Below are positions 57,100 to 64,000 of a stretch of 64,000 nt of DNA, one piece after another. Below the pieces are notes generated by a model, which was given only the letters and a program-made list of their open reading frames with translations, searched no databases and was not told where the DNA came from. Origin of the DNA: the human T2T-CHM13v2.0 reference genome, Homo sapiens. How positions within the stretch are numbered: the first letter of the stretch is position 1; the number at the start of each line of letters is the position of its first letter. The stretch lies in the NCBI RefSeq assembly GCF_009914755.1, contig NC_060929.1, one strand, 5' to 3'. A program made the position numbers and the translations under genes.

Positions 57100-60000
57100 C
57101 ATTCCAATCCATTCCAATTGGATTGAATCCATTCCATTCCATTTCGTTCCATTCCATTCTATTCCGTACCATTCAATTCCATTCCATTCCATTCCATAAC
57201 ATGCCATTCCACTCGGGTTCATTCCATTCCATTGCATTCCATACCTTTCCTTTCCAATTGGGTTGAATCCATTCCATTCCATTTCGTTCTATTCCATTCT
57301 ATTCTGTACCATTCCATTCCATTCCATTCCATTCCATTCCATTCCATTCTATTCCATGCCATTCCCCTAGGGTTGATTCCATTCCATTCCATTCCATTCG
57401 GGTTGATTCCATTGCATTCCATAACATTCCATGCCATTCCATTCCACTCCATTCCATTCGGGATGATTCCATTCCATTCCATTCCATTCCATTCCATTCC
57501 CTTCCATTCCGCTCGGGTTGATTCCATTCCTTTCCATTCCACTCGATTACAATCCCTTCTATTCCACTCGGAATGATTCCATTCAATTCCTTTCCATTCC
57601 ATTCCATTCCATTCCATTCCGTTCCATTCAATTTTGTTCCATTCCATTCTATTCCGTACCATTCCATTCCATTCCATTCCATGCCATTCCACTCGGGTTG
57701 ATTCCATTCCATTCCATTCCATTCAGATTGATTCCATTCCATTCCATTCCATTCCATTCCATTCCATTCCATTCCATTCCATTCCATTCCATTACATTCC
57801 ACTGCACTCGGGTTGATTCCATTCCATTCCATTCCATTCCACTCCATTCGATTCGGGATGATTCCATTCCATTCCATTCCATTCCATTCCATTCCATTCC
57901 ATTCCATTCCACTCTGTTTGATTCAGTTCCATTCCATTCCGTTCCACGCGATTTGACACCATTCCATTCTATTCCGTTTCATTCCATTCCACGCCATACA
58001 ATTCCATTCCATTCCGTTCCATTCGGGTACATTCTATTAAATTCCTTTCCATTCCATTCCATTCCATTCCATTCTGCTAGATTCCATTCCATTCCATTCC
58101 ATTCCATTCTATTCCATTCCATTCTATTGCCCTCACGTTGATTCCAATCCTTTCCATTCCACTCGATTACATTCCCTTCCATTCTATTCCATTCCATTGC
58201 ATTCCATTCCAGTCCATTCTTTTCCATTCCATTCCACCCGAGTTGATTCCTTTCCATTCCATTCCGTTCCGTTCCATTACATTCCATTCCATTCGGGTTG
58301 ATTCTATTCAATTCCTTTACACTCCATTCCAGTACATTCCATTCACACAATTCCATTACATTCCATTACATTCCAATTGGGTTGAATCCATTCCATTCCG
58401 TTTCGTTCCGTTCCATTCCATTCCATTCCACTAGGGTTTATTCCATTCCATTCCTTGCCATTCCATTCCATTCCCTTCCATTCCACTCGGGTTGATTCCA
58501 TTCCTTTCCATTCCACTCGATTACATTCCCTTCCATTCCACTCGGAATGATTCGAATCCATTCCATTGCATTCCATTCCAATCCATTCCATTCCATTCCA
58601 TTCCACTCGAGTTGATTCCATTCCATTCCATTCCATTCCATTCCATTCCATTCCATTCCATTCCGTTCCATTCCATTCCATTCCAATCGGGTTGATTATA
58701 TTCAATTCCTTTACACTCCATTCCATTCCATTCCATTCCACACAATTCCATTCCATTCCATTCCATTTGGGTTAAATCCATTCCATTTCATTTCGTTCCA
58801 TTCCATTCTATTCCATACAATTCCATTCCATTCCATTCCTTTCCATTCCATGCCATTCCACTCGGGTTGATTCCATTCCATTCCATTCCAATCGGGTTCA
58901 TTCCATTTCATTCCATTCCATTGCATTCCATTCCATTCCATTCCATTCCATTCCATTCCTTTCCATTCCATTCCAATCGGGATGATTCCATTCCATTCCT
59001 TTCCATTCCATTCCATTCCCTTCCATTCCACTCGGATTGATTCCATTCCTTTCCATTCCACTCGATTACTTTCCCTTCTATTCCACTCGGAATGATTCTG
59101 TTCCATTCCATTCCATTCCATTTCGTTCCATTCCATTCTATTCCGTACCATTCCATTCCATTACATTACATTCAATTCCATGCCATTCCACTCGGGTTGA
59201 TTCCATTCCATTCCATTCCATTACATTCAATTCCATGCCATTCCACTCGGGTTGATTCCATTCCATTCCATTCCACTACACTCGAGTTGATTCCATTCCA
59301 TTCCATTCATATCCATTCCATTCCACACGGGTTGATTTCATTCCATACTTTTCCATTCCATTCCATTCATATCCATTCCATTCCACACGGGTTGATTTCA
59401 TTCCATACCTTTCCATTCCATTCCTTTCCATTCCATTCCACTCGGGTTAATTCCATTCCATTCTTATCCATTCCACTCCATTCACTTCCATTCCACTCGG
59501 GTTCATTCCATTCTTTTCCATTCCACTCGATTACATTCCCTTCCATTCCACTAGGAATGATTCCATTCCATTCCATTGCATTCCATTGCAATCCATTCCT
59601 TTCCATTCCATTCCATTCCATTCCATTCCTATTGGTTTGAATCGATTCCATTCCATTTCGTTCCATTCCATTCTATTCTATATCTTTCCATTCCATTCCA
59701 TTCCATTCCATTCCCTTCCATTCCACTCGTTTTGATTCCATTCCATTCCATCCCATTCCATTGTATTCCATTCCAATCCATTCCATTCCATTCCATTCCA
59801 CTCCAGTTGATTCCATTCCATTCCATTCCATTCCATTCCATTCCATTTGTGTTGTATCCATTTCATTCCTTTTCGTTCCATTCCATTCTATTCCGTAGCA
59901 TTCAATTCCATTCCATTCCTTTCCATTCCATGCCATTCCACTCGAGTTCATTCCATTTCATTCCAGTCTATTCGGGTTGATTCCATTCCATTCCATTCCA

Positions 60001-63000
60001 TTCCATTCCTTTCCATTCCATTCCACTCGAGTTCATTGCATTCTATTCTTTTACATTCCATTCCATTCCCTTCCATTCCACTCGGGGTGATTCCATTCCT
60101 TTCCATTCCACTCGAATACATTTCCTTCTATTCAACTCGGAATGATTCCATTCCATTCAATTCCATTCCATTTCGTTCCATTCCATTCTATTCCGTACCT
60201 TTCCATTCCATCCCATTCCATTCCATTCCATTCCATTGCATTCCATTCCATTCCATGCCATTCCACTCGGGTTGATTCCATTCCTTTCCACTCCATTCGG
60301 GTTGAATCCATTCCATTCCATTCGATTCCATTCGATTCCATTCAATTGCACTTGGGTTGATTCCATTCCATTCCATTCCATTTCATTCCATTCCATTCCA
60401 TTCCATTCCACTCCATTCCATTCGGGGTGATTCCATTCCATTCCATTCCACTCTGTTTGATTCAGTTCCATTCCATTCCATTCCACGTGATTTGATTCCG
60501 TTCCATTCTATTCCGTTTCATTCCATTCCACGCCATACGATTCCATTACATTCCATTCCACTCGGGTACATTCCATTCCATTCCATTCCACTCCATTCCA
60601 TTCCATTCCATTCTGGTAGATTCCATTCCATTCCATTCCATTGCAATTGGATTGAATCCATTCCATTCCATTTCGTTCCATTCCATTCTATTCCGTACCA
60701 TCCAATTCCATTACATTCCATTCCATGCCATTCCCCTAGGGTTGATTCCATTCCATTCCATTCCATTCGGGTTGATTCCATTGCATTCCATAACATTCCA
60801 TGCCATTCCATTCCACTCCATTCCATTCGGGATGATTCCATTCCATTCCATTCCATTCCATTCCCTTCCATCCCGCTCGGGTTGATTCCATTCCTTTCCA
60901 TTCCACTCGATTACAATCCCGTCTATTCCACTCGGAATGATTCCATTCAATTCCATTCCATTCCATTCCATTCCATTCCATTCCATTCCATTCCATTCAA
61001 TTTTGTTCCATTCCATTCTATTCCGTACCATTCCATTCCATTCCATTCCATTCCATGCCATTCAACTCGGGTTGATTCCATTCCATTCCATTGCATTCAG
61101 ATTGATTCCATTCCATTCCATTCCATTCCATTCCATTCCTTTCCATTCCATTACATTCCCTTCCATTCCATTCCATTCCCTTCCATTCCACTCGGGTTGA
61201 TTCCATTCCTTTCCATTCCACTCGATTACATTCCCTTCCATTCCACTCGGAATGATTCCATTCCATTCCATTGCATTCCATTCCAATCCACTCCATTCCA
61301 TTCCAGTCTACTCGAGTTGATTCCATTCCATTCCATTCCATTCCATTCCATTCCATTCCATTCCATTCCCTTCCGTTCCATACCATTCCATTCCAATCAG
61401 GTTGATTATATTCAATTCCTTTACACTCCATTCCATTCCATTCCATTCCACACAATTCCATTCCATTCCATTCCATTCCATTCCATTCCATTTGGTTTGA
61501 ATCCATTCCATTTCATTTCGTTCCATTCCATTCTATTCCATACCATTCCATTCCATTCCATTCCATTCCATTTGGTTTGAATCCATTCCATTTCATTTCG
61601 TTCCATTCCATTCTATTCCATACCATTCCATTCCATTCCATTCCTTTCCATTCCATGCCATTCCACTCGGGTTGATTCCATTCCATTCCATTCCAATCGG
61701 GTTCATTCCATTCCATTCCATTCCATTGCATTCCATTCCATTCCATTCCATTCCATTCCATTCCATTCCATTCCTTTCCATTCCATTCCAATCGGGATGA
61801 TTCGATTCCATTCCTTTCCATTCCATTCCATTCCCTTCCATTCCACTCGGATTGATTCCATTCCTTTCCATTCCACTCGATTACTTTCCCTTCTATTCCA
61901 CTCGGAATGATTCCGTTCCATTCCATTCCATTCCATTTCGTTCCATTCCATTCTATTCCGTACCATTCCATTCCATTCCATTACATTCAATTCCATGCCA
62001 TTCCACTCGGGTTGATTCCATTCCATTACATTCAATTCCATGCCGTTCCACTCGGGTTGATTCCATTCCATTCCATTCCATTCCATTCCACTACACTCGA
62101 GTTGATTCCATTCCATTCCATTCATATCCATTCCATTCCACACGGGTTGATTTCATTCCATACCTTTCCATTCCATTCCTTTCCATTCCATTCCACTCGG
62201 GTTAATTCCATTCCATTCCTATCCATTCCACTCCATTCCCTTCCATTCCACTCGGGTTCATTCCATTCCTTTCCATTCCACTCGATTACATTCCCTTCCA
62301 TTCCACTAGGAATGATTCCATTCCATTCCATTGCATTCCATTCCAATCCATTCCATTCCATTCCATTCCATTCCATTCCATTCCATTCCTATTGGTTTGA
62401 ATCGATTCCATTCCATTTCGTTCCATTCCATTCTATTCTATATCTTTCCATTCCATTCCATTCCACTCTGTTTGATTCACTTCCATTGCATTCCATTCCA
62501 CGTGATTTGATTCCGTTCCATTCTATTCCGTTTCATTCCATTCCATGCCATACGATTCCATTACATTCCATTCCACTCGGGTACATTCCATTACATTCCA
62601 TTCCACTCCATTCCATTCCATTACATTCTGGTAGATTCCATTCCATTCCATTCCATTCCAGTTGGATTGAATCCATTCCATTCCATTTCGTTCCATTCCA
62701 TTCTATTCCGTACCATTCAATTCCATTCCATTTCATTCCATGCCATTCCCCTAGGGTTCATTCCATTCCATTCCATTCCATTCGGGTTGATTCCATTGCA
62801 TTCCACAACATTCCATGCCATTCCATTCCACTCCATTCCATTCGGGATGATTCCATTCCATTCCATTCCATTCCATTCCCTTCCATTCCGCTCGGGTTGA
62901 TTCCATTCCTTTCCATTCCACTCGATTACAATCTCTTCTATTCCACTCAGAATGATTCCATTCAATTCCTTTCCATTCCATTCCATTCCATTCCATTCCA

Positions 63001-63320
63001 TTCCATTCCATTCCATTCAATTTTGTTCCATTCCATTCTATTCCGTACCATTCCATTCCATTCAATTCCATTCCATTCCATGCCATTCCACTCGGGTTGA
63101 TTCCATTCCATTCCGTTCCATTCAGATTGATTCCATTCCATTCCATTCCATTCCATTCCATTCCATTCCATTCCTTTCCATTCGATTACATTCCACTGCA
63201 CTCGGGTTGATTCCATTCCATTCCATTCCATTCCACTCCATTCCATTCGGGATGATTCCATTCCATTCCATTCCATTCCATTCCATTCCATTCCACTCTG
63301 TTTGATTCAGTTCCATTCCA
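57100..63320 (+). repeat. Distal interleaved duplications: ~0.7-0.85 kb block x3 (57.1, 60.6, 62.65 kb) and ~1.2 kb block x2 (58.5, 61.2 kb)
   Basis: cccctaggg ~57364/~60733/~62748; gattacaatc ~57545/~60909/~62924; ttcagattg ~57722/~61096/~63121; gattatattc ~58694/~61404; cctattggtttgaatcg ~59628/~62388; ctatatctttcc ~59678/~62438. Confidence 0.85.
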
Positions 63321-64000
63321 TTCCATTCCATTCCATTACATTACATTCCATTCCATTGTACTCGTGTTGATTCCATTCCTTGCCATTCCATTCGATTACA
63401 TTCCCTTCCATTCCACTCGGAATGATTCCATTCCATTCCATTCCATTCCATTCCCTTCAATTCCATTCCAATCCATTCCATTCCATTCCATTCCATTCCA
63501 TTCCATTCCATTCCATTCCATTCCATTCCATTCCAATTGGGTTGAATCCATTCCATTCCATTTCGTTCCAGTCCATTCTATTCCGTACCATTCAATTCCA
63601 TTCCATTCCTTTCCATTCCATGCCATTCCACTCCGGTTGATTCCTTTTCATTCCATTCTCTTCGGGTTGATTCCATTCCATTCCATTCCATTGCACGCGA
63701 GTTGATTCCATTCCATTCCATTCCATTCCATTCCATTCCATTCCATTCCTTTCCATTCCATTCCACTCGGGTTGATTCCATACCATTCAATTCCATTCCA
63801 TTCCATTTAATTTCATTCCATTCCATTCCATTCTGGTCCCTTCCATTCCATGCAATTCCATTCCATTCCACTCGAGTTGATTCCATTCTATTCTTTTCCA
63901 TTCCATTCCATTCCCTTTCATTCCACTCGGGGTGATTCCATTCCTTTCCATTCCAGTCGATTACATTCCCTTCCACTCCACTCGGAATGATTCCATTCCA

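Larger units (their letters stand above)
1..64000 (+). repeat. Human/great-ape satellite III (HSat3) array, (CATTC)n/(GGAAT)n, C/T-rich strand on + throughout
   Basis: Every line is built from ATTCC pentamers, with the recurrent ACTCGGGTTG decamer (e.g. 86-95, 6391-6400) that is characteristic of satellite III. The CATTCGATTC-dominated pattern of HSat2 is only sporadic. No strand switch or foreign insertion seen. Confidence 0.98.

Noticed and set aside
60357-61580. 407-aa plus-strand ORF (also 61907-63100, 10048-11229, 46815-47744)
   Set aside because: Poly-IPFHS translation of (CATTC)n. The pure pentamer has no stop codon in any frame, starts are mostly TTG from the ggttgatt cassette, and there is no domain content.
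44-63976. Hundreds of overlapping minus-strand MEWNG ORFs resembling pentapeptide-repeat proteins
   Set aside because: An arithmetic consequence of a 5-bp repeat read in triplets. They are the same in all frames and unrelated to true A(D/N)LXX pentapeptide-repeat proteins.
1-64000. CRISPR-like repeat-spacer appearance (constant runs separated by variable words)
   Set aside because: The apparent spacers are short, recurrent, degenerate pentamers. Lengths are irregular, and there is no leader or cas gene.
1-64000. HSat2, alpha satellite or CENP-B boxes
   Set aside because: CATTCGATTC is sporadic rather than dominant; no 171-bp monomer or CENP-B box seen.
1-64000. Inversions, Alu/L1 insertions, tRNA/rRNA genes, G-quadruplex tracts
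   Set aside because: No GGAAT-oriented tract on the + strand, no non-satellite segment longer than ~20 bp, and no clustered G3+ runs of canonical G4 form seen.

Overview
The whole 64 kb window is one uninterrupted array of primate classical satellite III (HSat3). It consists of degenerate (CATTC)n pentamers on the + strand ((GGAAT)n on the - strand), interspersed with the diagnostic ACTCGGGTTG (CAACCCGAGT) decamer and a small set of variant cassettes. I found no genes, RNA genes, transposon insertions, CRISPR arrays or strand inversions. All ORFs in the track are poly-IPFHS or poly-MEWNG readings of the pentamer. The real information is architectural. Rare variant words reveal a nested duplication hierarchy: a ~20.4-21.0 kb macro-repeat (~3.9-20.1 kb vs ~24.9-40.5 kb), tandem units of ~4.6, 2.9, 1.5, 1.0 and 0.8 kb, a ~10.2 kb-offset copy, 30-90 bp micro-duplications, and a more diverged layer after ~49-54 kb. 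The 5-bp register is almost never broken. Three perfect HSF1-type heat-shock elements arise from single substitutions in common cassettes, and the backbone is a continuous TEAD (MCAT) motif array. I found no evidence for a new protein-coding system. All coordinates and offsets were read by eye and are approximate.
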